DNA of 64,000 bases from Acidimicrobiia bacterium (lineage in GTDB: Bacteria; Actinomycetota; Acidimicrobiia; Spongiisociales; ZC4RG35), in the NCBI GenBank assembly GCA_965203555.1, contig CBDBCY010000004.1, positions 2,560,001-2,624,000 on the forward strand. The letters are read 5' to 3'. The translations under genes were made by a program, and so were the position numbers. The stretch's first letter is position 1, and each line of letters starts with the position of its first letter. Positions 17,416-27,157 of the stretch are shown here, piece after piece. The notes beneath the pieces are model-generated. The model did no database searches. It was not told where the DNA came from and saw only the letters and a list, made by a program, of their open reading frames with translations.

Positions 17416-19400
17416 AGAGGCCTTATCGGATAGCTGTGGTGGCGGGTTTCTTCGCCCTGCTGTTCGGATTCTTGGGGATCCGCCTTTGGTTCCTGCAGGT
17501 GGGTGAGGGAGTGGCGGCGGCAGCCATCGTTGAAGAGGAGGGGCTGGTCTCGGTGAAGACGCCGGCGCCGCGTGGGGATATCCGGGATCGCAACGGGCAA
17601 CTGCTGGTGACCAGTCGAATCGTTCCAATGGTGGTGCTGGACAGGCAACTGCTGCAGTCCTCACAGAAAGAGGAGGCGATTGCGCGTTTGGCTGCGCGCC
17701 TGGATATACCGTCCGAGTGGATAGCTGCTCTTTATGACGAGGCGGGAGTCAACCAGCGGTTTCCGCTGGCGGTGGTTGATGCGGTGACCGCCTACCAATT
17801 GCAAGAACAATTGCGTTCCTTTCCGGGCGTGGTGGTGGAGAACTATCCGGAGAGGGTCTATCTGACGGGTGGCACGATGTCCCACGTGATAGGACATCTG
17901 GGTTACCCTTCCGACGAGGACTTGCAGCAGCGACCCTTTCTGGATCCCAACGTTCGAATCGGCAAGCTGGGGGTGGAGGGCTTCTATGACGAGTGGCTGC
18001 AAGGGATATCCGGCGAACGTGTCTATCGGGTCAATCGAGCCGGGAGGATCACAGAGGAGCGGGCTGAGGTTCCACCCGCCTCGGGAGCGACCGTCTACCT
18101 AACTGTTGACGAACGTCTCCAGAGGGTGGTGGAGAACGCCCTGTTGGAGGGGATTGAACTCTCCAACCTGATCAAGGATGAGGAGAGGGAACTGCCTTTG
18201 GCGGAGGGGGAAACCCGGGCGGCCCTCAATCCCACCGAGCGGGCCACAGCGGTGGTGATGGACGTCACCAACGGAGAGGTTCTGGCCCTGGCCAGCTCTC
18301 CCGACTTCGATCCCCAGCAGTTCGTGTGGGGAATCGATCAATTCGAATTTGCCCGACTTTCGGATGAGAAAGCCTTCCTCAACCTGGCGGTGGGTGGACT
18401 CTATCCGCCGGCTTCCACTTTCAAAGCCATTACGTACACGGCGGCCCTTCTCAACAACATACCCTTTGCGGCGGCCATCGAGGGAGTGGACAGCGTCAAC
18501 CGGAGAATCAACTGTGATGGGGAACTGGTACTGACCGAGATCGAGGAAGGAAGTCCCCAGGTCTTTCGCGACTGGTACTACCCGCGGGCATTGGGATGGC
18601 TCGACATTCACGGCGCATTCGAACATTCCTGCAACATCTACTTTTACAACCTGGCTCTGGGAGTCTGGCGCAATTGGCGCAACACCGATCGAGAGAATGT
18701 TCTTCAGGAAACGGCCCGCTCCATAGGCTATGGTTCCTTCACGGGGGTGGATCTCTCCGGTGATCAGGCCGGCATAGTACCCGACCGGGATCTATTCGAA
18801 AGCTGGAAACGGACTCAACTCGAGGACCCCGCCGCCCCTGTTCGATTGGACCCGGCTCGTCTCGCCCTGGCCAGTCCCTGGCTGGGGGGCGATCTGATGA
18901 ACCTGGCGATCGGACAGGGTGACATGCTTGCATCCCCCCTGCAGGTGGCTGTCTCCTACGGCGCGCTGGCCAATGGCGGGACGGTGTGGACTCCACGCGT
19001 GGTGAGTCAAGTACGTTCACCGGATGGGGAATTGTTGTGGGCAGCCATCCCCGACGCCAGAAACCAGATCGACCTTCCCGAATCGATTGTCGCCTCCCTG
19101 CTGTCCGACATGAACCGGGTGGTGGTCAGCGGTACCGCCCGGCGGGCCTTTTCGGGGTTCGGACCATCGTTGAATCAGGTGGGAGGCAAGACCGGAACCG
19201 GCCAGTCCTCGGCCAACCGGGACAGTCACGCCTGGTTTGTGGGGGTGGCGCCGGTCAACAGCCCCAAATGGGTGGTAGTGGTGCTGGTGGATGAAGGCGG
19301 CTCTGGCGGCAGGGTTGCGGCGCCCATGGGCCGGTACATTATGCAGCATCTGATGGGAGAAGAGTTGGATCCGATCGAGGCGGGGGAGGCGACCGACTGA
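17412..19400 (+). CDS. mrdA: Penicillin-binding protein 2 (class B)
   Basis: RLWFLQV, APRGDIRDRNG, SxxK (STFK), SxN (SCN), KTGT; ATG 17412 overlaps the mreD stop. Confidence 0.95.
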   Translation: MKRPYRIAVVAGFFALLFGFLGIRLWFLQVGEGVAAAAIVEEEGLVSVKTPAPRGDIRDRNGQLLVTSRIVPMVVLDRQLLQSSQKEEAIARLAARLDIPSEWIAALYDEAGVNQRFPLAVVDAVTAYQLQEQLRSFPGVVVENYPERVYLTGGTMSHVIGHLGYPSDEDLQQRPFLDPNVRIGKLGVEGFYDEWLQGISGERVYRVNRAGRITEERAEVPPASGATVYLTVDERLQRVVENALLEGIELSNLIKDEERELPLAEGETRAALNPTERATAVVMDVTNGEVLALASSPDFDPQQFVWGIDQFEFARLSDEKAFLNLAVGGLYPPASTFKAITYTAALLNNIPFAAAIEGVDSVNRRINCDGELVLTEIEEGSPQVFRDWYYPRALGWLDIHGAFEHSCNIYFYNLALGVWRNWRNTDRENVLQETARSIGYGSFTGVDLSGDQAGIVPDRDLFESWKRTQLEDPAAPVRLDPARLALASPWLGGDLMNLAIGQGDMLASPLQVAVSYGALANGGTVWTPRVVSQVRSPDGELLWAAIPDARNQIDLPESIVASLLSDMNRVVVSGTARRAFSGFGPSLNQVGGKTGTGQSSANRDSHAWFVGVAPVNSPKWVVVVLVDEGGSGGRVAAPMGRYIMQHLMGEELDPIEAGEATD

Positions 19401-20596
19401 TGGCGCTTCTTCCCCGACGGCAGGGCGGATGGTGGATCGGAAGGGGCGAGAGTGTTTCCCGGCCCGACCTGGGTCTGGTGGGTGCGGTAGTGGTGTTGTC
19501 GGGATTCGGTTTGCTGATGATCTATTCGGCTACCAGGGCCGCTTTGCAACGTCGGGAACTGTTGCCGTCGGCATCCACCGAGCGCCAGATGGTTTTCATG
19601 CTGATTGGCTTGGCGGTCATGTTTGTGCTCAGTTATCTCGACTACCGGGACTATCGGTTTCTGGGGCCCGTCCTGTATGTCGTCTGCCTGGCGGCTTTGG
19701 GGGTGGCGTTTCTGTTCGATCCGGTGAATGGGGTGCAAAGATGGATCAGTTTTGGGCCGATCAACATCCAACCCGCCGAATTTACGAAGCTGGTGTTGGT
19801 CATGGTGCTGGCTTCCCTGCTGAGCAGCGATCCTGACGAATCGTCCCAGCAACTGTCATGGAGGAGAGTCTTGTATGCGGTGATTCTGTCGGTATGTCCC
19901 ATGGTGCTGATCTTCCTGCAGCCGGATCTGGGCACCATGATGGCGTATCCGCCAATCCTCCTACTGATGCTATTTGTGGCCGGTGCTACGAGGGCCCAAT
20001 TGGCGACTATCGTGCTCACTGCTGTCGGGTCGGTGCTGGCTGTTTGGCGGCTCGGGTTCTTGGCGGGTCATCAGATCGATCGGCTACGGGTGTTCGTCGA
20101 TCCCGATTTGGATCCGCAGGGTCTCGGCTGGAGTATCAGGCAGGCCAGACTGGCCATTTCTTCCGGTCAGCTGACCGGCCAAGGTCTTTTCGAGGGTGCC
20201 ATTACCAACCAGGGATTGGTTCCCGAACAAGAAAGCGACTTCATTTTCACCGCGGTGGGCGAGCAGATGGGCTTCGTGGGCGGCTCGCTGGTGTTGGTGG
20301 CGTTTTGCTTTGTGATGTGGCGACTTCTCCGCATTGCGGTCTCCGCTGCCGATCAATACGGATCGCTAATCGCGACAGGAGTGGCGGCGATGGTAATGTT
20401 TCACGTCTTCATCAGCGTCGGGATGACCCTGGGATTGGTGCCCATTACCGGCCTTCCTCTCCCCTTTCTGAGTCAGGGAGGGTCTTTCTATTTGACGGTT
20501 ACGGCAGGAATTGGAATCTGCTTGGCGATCTGGAAACTCCGACCCAGCGCCTGGTTGGGTGGAATGTCCAGGGGCGGCGCCGGCATCACGGGATAG
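19400..20596 (+). CDS. rodA: Rod shape-determining SEDS protein RodA
   Basis: NGVQRWI..QPAEFTK, QPDLGT, SDFIF..GEQMG, TGLPLPFLS. Confidence 0.95.
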   Translation: MALLPRRQGGWWIGRGESVSRPDLGLVGAVVVLSGFGLLMIYSATRAALQRRELLPSASTERQMVFMLIGLAVMFVLSYLDYRDYRFLGPVLYVVCLAALGVAFLFDPVNGVQRWISFGPINIQPAEFTKLVLVMVLASLLSSDPDESSQQLSWRRVLYAVILSVCPMVLIFLQPDLGTMMAYPPILLLMLFVAGATRAQLATIVLTAVGSVLAVWRLGFLAGHQIDRLRVFVDPDLDPQGLGWSIRQARLAISSGQLTGQGLFEGAITNQGLVPEQESDFIFTAVGEQMGFVGGSLVLVAFCFVMWRLLRIAVSAADQYGSLIATGVAAMVMFHVFISVGMTLGLVPITGLPLPFLSQGGSFYLTVTAGIGICLAIWKLRPSAWLGGMSRGGAGITG

Positions 20597-20845
20597 GACC
20601 GGCCATTTCGGGGCCATTTCCTGCTCGTTCGCTCAATAGATTTCGTTTTGTGTTCAGGATCGCTTAAAATGGCAAAAGCAAGTGGGCGCGGCCGAGAAGG
20701 CTCCGCCCCACCGAGACAGAAGCTTGGGGTCGTTCTCTTTGATCTTGCCTGTGGGGGTGGTGTTCAGCCGGGGATAGGGGAGAGAAGCTGAGCCGGAGAG
20801 AGAGGCGCCGATTCCCATTGATGATTGCACAAAGGAGGGTTGTTT

Positions 20846-22414
20846 ATGGGTTGGTTAAAGCGCCGCCGAACGGAGGTGATCCGCCGGGTCGGTGGTGACT
20901 ATGTTGAAGAGCGGAGAAAACGTCAGGTAAATGGATCGGAAGTAGAGATCCGTCGCTTGGCGTCCAGGGATCTGCCCAAGCCCAAGTCCGCTCCCAGAAA
21001 GAAGAAGAAAAGCGAGTCTCGCCCGTCCGGTTCTCAAAAGACCCGCCCCGGCATTTCCACCAGTCGAGGGGCGGCGCCGGCTCGGGGTCGAGGGGTCGGC
21101 GCCCAGTCCGGGGGTAAAGCATCCAAGGTCCCGACCAAGACCTTGCGCAGCAAGATTCTGGTTAGCGTGCGGGAGGAGACCAGGGTGGCCATTATGGAGG
21201 GCTCCGATTTGGTGGAGTACTACTCGGAGAGTCCCGAGGGTGGTTCCCTGGTGGGCAATGTCTATCTGGCCGTGGTTCGCAATGTTCTCCCAGGGATGGA
21301 AGCCGCGTTCGTGGACATCGGCGAGGGCAAGAACGGCGTGCTTTACGCTGATGACGTGTATGTCGATCCCGGGCGGTTCGGCAAAGGTGTCCGGCCGCGG
21401 GTGGAACAGGTTATCTCGGAGGGTGATGAATTGGTGGTTCAGGTCAGACGGGATGCCATGGGGACCAAGGGTCCCCGTTTGCGGGGTCACATTTCGTTGG
21501 CAGGCCGTTTCCTGGTCCTGCAGCCGGGTCTTTCCAACGTGGCCATCTCCCAAAAACTGTCCAGGGCGGAACGCTCGAGGTTACGACAGGTGGTGTCGGA
21601 TTTGGTGCCATCCGGATTCGGAGTGATAGTCCGCACCGCCGCACGGCTGGCCACGGCCAAGGAGATCAAGTCGGAGGTGGACAAGCTCGCCAAGCAATGG
21701 AGGAGTATTAGCGAAGAGGCCGCCAAAGGTGGAGGGCCGAAGTTGCTTTACCAGGATTCGGACCTGTTGATCAGAGTGATTCGGGAGCACCTGTCGTCGG
21801 AGACTCGGCGGGTGGAAATCGATGATGCCAAGGCCCACAAGCGGGTTGTGAAATATCTCCGTTCCGCTGATCCAGACCTGGTTTCCCGGGTCCGGTGCTA
21901 TGACAATCCCATCGCTCTGTTCGAGAGGTTTCATGTTGACGATCAGGTCAAGAAGGCGTTGAAGCGAAGAGTGCCACTACCTTCGGGGGGTCATTTGGTG
22001 TTTGACACCACGGAGGCTTTGACGGTGGTTGACGTCAACACGGGACGGTTCGTGGGCCGTTCCAATCTGGAAGACACCATTTTGCAGAACAACCTGGAGG
22101 CCGCCGAGGAAATCGGCCGCCAGTTGAGGTTGAGGGACATCGGGGGCATCATCGTGGTGGATTTCATCGATATGAGCCGAGAGGCCAATCAGCGTAAGGT
22201 GCTGAATCGCCTGAAACAGGTGCTGGCCCGTGACAAGACCAGAACGGAGGCGTTTGAAGTCTCCCGCCTGGGTTTGGTGGAGATGACCCGCAAGAATGTA
22301 TCGGCAGGGCTGCTGGAGTCGTTTTCGAAGTCGTGCGACCACTGTGGCGGGCAGGGTCTGATAGTCCAGGACCCAACCATGTCGTCGCCGCCGCGGGTAG
22401 CGGCCGGTATTTGA
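20846..22414 (+). CDS. rne: Ribonuclease E/G family endoribonuclease with basic N-terminal extension
   Basis: VLPGMEAAFVDIG, TEALTVVDVNTG, RLRDIGGIIVVDFIDM, CDHCGGQG; SD AAAGGAGG before ATG 20846. Confidence 0.93.
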   Translation: MGWLKRRRTEVIRRVGGDYVEERRKRQVNGSEVEIRRLASRDLPKPKSAPRKKKKSESRPSGSQKTRPGISTSRGAAPARGRGVGAQSGGKASKVPTKTLRSKILVSVREETRVAIMEGSDLVEYYSESPEGGSLVGNVYLAVVRNVLPGMEAAFVDIGEGKNGVLYADDVYVDPGRFGKGVRPRVEQVISEGDELVVQVRRDAMGTKGPRLRGHISLAGRFLVLQPGLSNVAISQKLSRAERSRLRQVVSDLVPSGFGVIVRTAARLATAKEIKSEVDKLAKQWRSISEEAAKGGGPKLLYQDSDLLIRVIREHLSSETRRVEIDDAKAHKRVVKYLRSADPDLVSRVRCYDNPIALFERFHVDDQVKKALKRRVPLPSGGHLVFDTTEALTVVDVNTGRFVGRSNLEDTILQNNLEAAEEIGRQLRLRDIGGIIVVDFIDMSREANQRKVLNRLKQVLARDKTRTEAFEVSRLGLVEMTRKNVSAGLLESFSKSCDHCGGQGLIVQDPTMSSPPRVAAGI

Positions 22415-22416
22415 CC

Positions 22417-22446
22417 TTGGCAATATGGGTTCCCATTACATAGAAT
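22417..22446 (+). promoter_or_regulatory. Putative sigma-A promoter for rplU-rpmA-obg
   Basis: TTGGCA-N18-TAGAAT, 12 nt upstream of the rplU ATG. Confidence 0.5.
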
Positions 22447-22458
22447 GACTGTTTCAGC

Positions 22459-22797
22459 ATGTATGCAGTAATTGACAGCGGTGGAAAACAGGCCAGGGTC
22501 GCTCCGGGCGACGTGGTGAGTGTGGAACTGCTGAAATCCGATTCCGATCAGGTCAGTTTCACTCCGGTTCTGGTGGTGGATGCTGAAGGGCAGGTGCTTA
22601 CCGGGTCTGCCTTGCAGGGCGCCACGGTTTCAGCACGTCTCCTGGGTGAGGTGAAAGGGCCTAAGATACGCATCTTCAAATACAAGTCGAAGACCGGCTA
22701 TCGGCGCCGGATGGGCCACCGCCAGAAGTATTCCCAGATCGAGATCCTCGATATCGACTTGCCGGACAAGTCTTGGAAGGAGAGCCGAGATGTCTAA
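22459..22797 (+). CDS. rplU: 50S ribosomal protein L21
   Basis: [35 protein letters not shown]. Confidence 0.97.
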   Translation: MYAVIDSGGKQARVAPGDVVSVELLKSDSDQVSFTPVLVVDAEGQVLTGSALQGATVSARLLGEVKGPKIRIFKYKSKTGYRRRMGHRQKYSQIEILDIDLPDKSWKESRDV

Positions 22798-23041
22798 AAC
22801 CAAAGCAGGAGGCTCCAGCCGAAACGGACGCGAATCGCACTCCAAGCGGCTGGGTCCCAAAGTGTTCGACGGGCAGTCGGTCCATTCCGGGGCGGTGCTG
22901 GTCAGACAGCGGGGGACCCGTATCCATCCTGGCCTGAATGTTGGCCGGGGTAGTGACGACACGCTGTACGCACGCGCCTCCGGCGTGGTCAAGTACGGCA
23001 TGCGGAACCGTCGCCGCCTGGTGAGTGTGCTGACCGACTGA
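22790..23041 (+). CDS. rpmA: 50S ribosomal protein L27
   Basis: [33 protein letters not shown]. Confidence 0.98.
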   Translation: MSKTKAGGSSRNGRESHSKRLGPKVFDGQSVHSGAVLVRQRGTRIHPGLNVGRGSDDTLYARASGVVKYGMRNRRRLVSVLTD

Positions 23042-23063
23042 TTATCTCCTCTGGCCGGTCGCG

Positions 23064-24320
23064 ATGTTCGTTGACTCGGTCAGGGTGCATCTTCGCGCCG
23101 GGGACGGGGGAAACGGCATGGTGAGTTTCGAGCGTCGCAGGGGAAAGCCGCGCGGCAAGCCGAGGGGGGGCTCGGGGGGCAGGGGTGGAGATGTGATCCT
23201 GCGTGCCGATCCCTCGGTCGGGACTTTGTTCCGTTATCAGCGCAGTCCGCACCATGTGGCTGGGAACGGTGCCAATGGCGATGATCGTCTTCGGGAAGGG
23301 CGGAGAGGCGATCCGTTGGTATTGTCGGCGCCATTGGGAACTTCGGTATACGACGAGGCCGGTGTGCTGCTGGCTGATCTGGTGGCGGAGGGTCAGCAGG
23401 TGGTGTTGCTGCGGGGCGGCAGAGGCGGGCGGGGAAACGCAGCCCTGGTCGGCCACCGGCATCGAGTACCGGCAGTGAGCGAGAGGGGAGAGCAAGGGAT
23501 GGGGAGTTGGTTCCGCCTGGAAATGAAACTGCAGGCTGACGCGGCCCTGGTAGGGTTCCCCAACGCCGGGAAGAGCACCCTGCTGTCGAGGGTATCCGCC
23601 GCCCGCCCCAAGATCGCCGACTACCCATTCACCACCCTCGCCCCCAACCTGGGAGTGGTGGGGATTGATGATGACGATTTCACCATGGCTGACGTTCCCG
23701 GATTGATACGGGGGGCCGCTGAAGGTCGGGGTCTGGGCCACACTTTCCTGCGTCATGTGGAGAGAGCGTCGGTGCTGGTGATCCTGCTCGACCCGTCGCC
23801 GATGGCCGAGGTCGGACCCGGGGTCCAGCTGGAAGCGCTGTTGGGTGAACTGGAAAGGTATTCGGGTCCGCTGGTCGAACGACCCCGGGTGGTTGCGGTC
23901 AACAAGGCCGACCTTCCCGAGGCTGCAGAGGCGTCGGCGGCGATCCCGGGATCCTTTCTGATCTCGGCGGTAACCGGGCAGGGTCTGACTTCCTTCCTGC
24001 GCCGGGTGAAGGAACTGGTTGGCGGGGTGCGGGACACCGCCGCCCCCCGCGAAGGGTTCATTTTGCATCGTCCCCACCAGCGGGGGTTCGTCGTTTCCCG
24101 CACGGATGCAGGGTGGTCGGTGACGGGAACTGCCGCAGAGAGAGCGGTGGCTCTGGGAGACCTGGACACTCCGGAAGCGGCCCGATTGGCTTCCACCCGG
24201 CTGGACAGGATCGGGGTGAGCCGGGCTCTGCGGGAGGCGGGCGCCCGCCACGGGGACGCGGTGCTGATCGGCGGAGTCGAACTGCAATTCCAGGATCCCG
24301 ATGTCGGAGGGTGGGAGTGA
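23064..24320 (+). CDS. obgE: GTPase ObgE/CgtA
   Basis: Gly-rich Obg fold, GFPNAGKST, YPFTT, DVPG, NKAD, C-terminal OCT domain. Confidence 0.97.
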   Translation: MFVDSVRVHLRAGDGGNGMVSFERRRGKPRGKPRGGSGGRGGDVILRADPSVGTLFRYQRSPHHVAGNGANGDDRLREGRRGDPLVLSAPLGTSVYDEAGVLLADLVAEGQQVVLLRGGRGGRGNAALVGHRHRVPAVSERGEQGMGSWFRLEMKLQADAALVGFPNAGKSTLLSRVSAARPKIADYPFTTLAPNLGVVGIDDDDFTMADVPGLIRGAAEGRGLGHTFLRHVERASVLVILLDPSPMAEVGPGVQLEALLGELERYSGPLVERPRVVAVNKADLPEAAEASAAIPGSFLISAVTGQGLTSFLRRVKELVGGVRDTAAPREGFILHRPHQRGFVVSRTDAGWSVTGTAAERAVALGDLDTPEAARLASTRLDRIGVSRALREAGARHGDAVLIGGVELQFQDPDVGGWE

Positions 24321-25405
24321 GGAAGCCTCTGCGCAGGGGAGGCGTCCTGGTTATAAAGATCGGCTCTTCCAGCCTGGTCCGGGTGGAAGAGGGGCTTGAC
24401 TCGGTCGCCCTGGAAAGAGTGGTCGAACAGGTGACCAACGCCCTGTCCTCGGGACACCCCACGGTTCTGGTCACCTCGGGGGCGGTGGCGGCGGGAATGC
24501 CGGCCCTCGGTCTTTCCGCCCGGCCGACCGATCTGGCCGGATTGCAGGTGGCGGCGGCCGTGGGCCAGGGCCGGCTGATGGGCCTTTATACGGCGGAATT
24601 CGCCAAACGGGGACTGGTAGCCGGCCAGGTGCTATTGACCAGGGGGGTGTTGGCCGACCGGACCCCCTATCTCAACGCTCGCATGGCCCTGCAGGGAATG
24701 CTGGATCGAGGGATCGTTCCGGTGGTCAATGAAAACGACAGTGTGGGAGTGGAAGAGTTGCGAGTGGGGGACAATGACCGCCTGTCAGCGTTGGTGTCCC
24801 ACCTGGTGTCGGCCGATTTGTTGATCCTGCTGACCGATACGCCCGGTCTCTACACGGCCGATCCTTCCTCTCGGGACGCGGAATTGATGGACGAACTCTC
24901 TTCGGATGATCCAAGACTCGATTCCATTGCGCGTCTACCCGGAGGACAGCTTGGATCGGGAGGAGTGTTCAGCAAAGTGGCGGCTGCCCGCATGGCGGCC
25001 TTTTCCGGTATCCCCACCGTGGTTGCCTCCTCCTCCCAACCGCAGGTAGTGGCCCGGATCTGCCGAGGGGACCCGACCGGCACCTGGGTGAATCCCAAAT
25101 CCCGCAAACTCAGCGCCCGCAAGCTCTGGATAGCCTTCGGCTTGGAGAACCGGGGACGGGTCACGGTGGACGAGGGCGCGGCGCGAGCCATCACTCGCCT
25201 CAAGAAGAGTCTCCTGCCGGTGGGAGTGCGGGACCTGGACGGGAACTTCGACGCCAAGGAGGCGGTGGAAGTGCTGGACCCGGGCGGGAGGATAATCGCC
25301 AAGGGGATCGCCAGGATCGCGGCCTCCGAGTGCCGCCGTCTGCAACGCAGCGGCCAACCCACCGTGGAACTCATCCATCGCGACGACTTGGTTGTGCTGG
25401 TCTAG
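24317..25405 (+). CDS. proB: Glutamate 5-kinase
   Basis: VIKIGSSSL, SGAVAAG, NENDSV, GDNDRL, C-terminal PUA domain; GTG start overlaps the obg stop. Confidence 0.95.
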   Translation: MRKPLRRGGVLVIKIGSSSLVRVEEGLDSVALERVVEQVTNALSSGHPTVLVTSGAVAAGMPALGLSARPTDLAGLQVAAAVGQGRLMGLYTAEFAKRGLVAGQVLLTRGVLADRTPYLNARMALQGMLDRGIVPVVNENDSVGVEELRVGDNDRLSALVSHLVSADLLILLTDTPGLYTADPSSRDAELMDELSSDDPRLDSIARLPGGQLGSGGVFSKVAAARMAAFSGIPTVVASSSQPQVVARICRGDPTGTWVNPKSRKLSARKLWIAFGLENRGRVTVDEGAARAITRLKKSLLPVGVRDLDGNFDAKEAVEVLDPGGRIIAKGIARIAASECRRLQRSGQPTVELIHRDDLVVLV

Positions 25406-25444
25406 TGGTAGCCAATCTGCCAAAGCCCCGGCGGCATCCGTGTT

Positions 25445-25650
25445 GTGAAGATCGGCGTCAGCCTACGTGATGAAGATGGCAACTACCTGGACGACTACGC
25501 AACAACCCACGGTATGTCCTCGCGCCTCGGTAGTGCATCGGGCGATCCGGCGCTCGCGAGCATTCGAGCTTGCAGATCACAGTGGATGCCCTGCCGGTCG
25601 ACCTGGTGGGTCTGCTCGACGATGCCCTGCGCCCGCATCTGCATCTGTAG
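25445..25650 (+). pseudogene. Collapsed mazEF-type toxin-antitoxin relic (frameshifted RHH antitoxin 5' part joined to the MazF 3' end)
   Basis: VKIGVSLRDEDGNYLDDYATTHGMSSR / SVVHRAIRRSRAFEL (MazE9-like RHH); 25591-25650 reads LPVDLVGLLDDALRPHLHL* (MazF-like terminal helix). Confidence 0.65.
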
Positions 25651-25663
25651 GCCCCACTCCCGG

Positions 25664-27157
25664 CTATTTCCGCCAGACGGAAGGGACGAACAGCACCAGG
25701 ATGGGCAGTATCTCCAGCCTTCCCACGATCATCAGCAGAGAAAGAAGCCATTTGCCGGGTGCGGACACCGCCGCGTAATTGGCCGTGGGGCCCACTTCGC
25801 CCAGTCCCGGCCCGATGTTTCCCAGGCTGGCCACCACCGCCGATACGGATGTGACCAGATCCGAGGACCCGAAGGCCATCTCTACGGTGGTGAACACCAC
25901 CATCCCCGCGCACAGGAGGAAGACGTACAGGGCGAAGAACGAGAAAATTCCCCTGATCATGTTGATGGTCAGGGGTCGGCGGTCGAGTCGTATCAGGAAC
26001 ATTCCCTTGGGGTGGATAACGCTGCGCAATTCGGTGAAAGCCGTGTTGACCAGCACTTTGAGTCGGAAGCTCTTTATGCCCCCGGCGGTGGATCCCGCCA
26101 TCCCCCCCAGGGTCATCAGAATGAGCAGCAGGACCTGTAGTGGGGGCACCCACAGTCCGAAGTCGGCGGTGCTGTACCCGGTAGTAGTCACCATCGACAC
26201 GGCGGTGAAGGTTCCGTCCCTCACGGCCTGTTCCCATTCGGTACCCTGGTTGGCAAGGGCGATCGCCAGCCATGCCGCCGCGGCCAGCACCACCACGAGA
26301 TAGACCCTGAATTCTTCCTGCCGCAGATACTCGGTGGGACGCAGCAGCGCCCGGTAGTGGAGAGAGAAGGAGATGCCGGCCAGAGTCATGAAGATGATGA
26401 TCACCCATTGGGTATAGGCGCCGAATTCGGCGATGGAGGTGGCTTCGGTGCCGAATCCCCCGGTGGACATGGTGGTGAGAGAGTGATTGACAGCCTGAAA
26501 GAGGTTCATGTCGCCCGCCCACAGCAGCAACAGGACTTCCAGGCAGGTCAGCATGACGTACACCATCCACAGGCGCTTGGCGGTGTCCTGGAATCGGGGA
26601 GTGAGGCGATCGGGATTGGCGCCGGGAGACTCGGCCCGGGCCAGTTCCACTCCGCCCACTCCCAGCAGCGGAAGGACGGCGACGAACATCACGATGATGC
26701 CCATTCCTCCCAGCCATTGGGTCAGGGACCGCCAGAAAAGTATGCCGTGGGCCATCTGACCGGGATCTGCCAACAGGGACGCGCCGGTGGTCGTGAAACC
26801 CGAAACTGTCTCGAAAAAAGCGTCGGTCACATTGGGAATAGCGCCGGTGAACAGGTAGGGGAGAGTCCCAAAGGCCGACATCATCAGCCAGGCGATACCC
26901 ACTCCCGCGAATCCTGCCCGGGTGGTCAAAGTGCTGGGCGTCTCCACCGACCACCACAGCAGTCCTCCTACGGACGCAGTTATTGCGGCGGCGGCGCTGA
27001 TTGCCCTGGCATCGGAGAATTCGCTGTAGAGCATGCAGACGCCTGCGGCAACGAACATCATCAGACCCACCGCCAGAAGGGTGACTCCGGTGACCAGCAG
27101 AAGGGAGGCCAGCATTCCACGGCGACCCAGCCAGCCCACCGCCGCGGTCAATCTCAC
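25664..27157 (-). CDS. trkH: Trk potassium uptake membrane protein
   Basis: FFETVSGFTTTG, WLGGMG, STGGF, TTTGY, GSTAGGIK, LGNIGPG, GRLE. Confidence 0.96.
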   Translation of the reverse strand: MRLTAAVGWLGRRGMLASLLLVTGVTLLAVGLMMFVAAGVCMLYSEFSDARAISAAAAITASVGGLLWWSVETPSTLTTRAGFAGVGIAWLMMSAFGTLPYLFTGAIPNVTDAFFETVSGFTTTGASLLADPGQMAHGILFWRSLTQWLGGMGIIVMFVAVLPLLGVGGVELARAESPGANPDRLTPRFQDTAKRLWMVYVMLTCLEVLLLLWAGDMNLFQAVNHSLTTMSTGGFGTEATSIAEFGAYTQWVIIIFMTLAGISFSLHYRALLRPTEYLRQEEFRVYLVVVLAAAAWLAIALANQGTEWEQAVRDGTFTAVSMVTTTGYSTADFGLWVPPLQVLLLILMTLGGMAGSTAGGIKSFRLKVLVNTAFTELRSVIHPKGMFLIRLDRRPLTINMIRGIFSFFALYVFLLCAGMVVFTTVEMAFGSSDLVTSVSAVVASLGNIGPGLGEVGPTANYAAVSAPGKWLLSLLMIVGRLEILPILVLFVPSVWRK

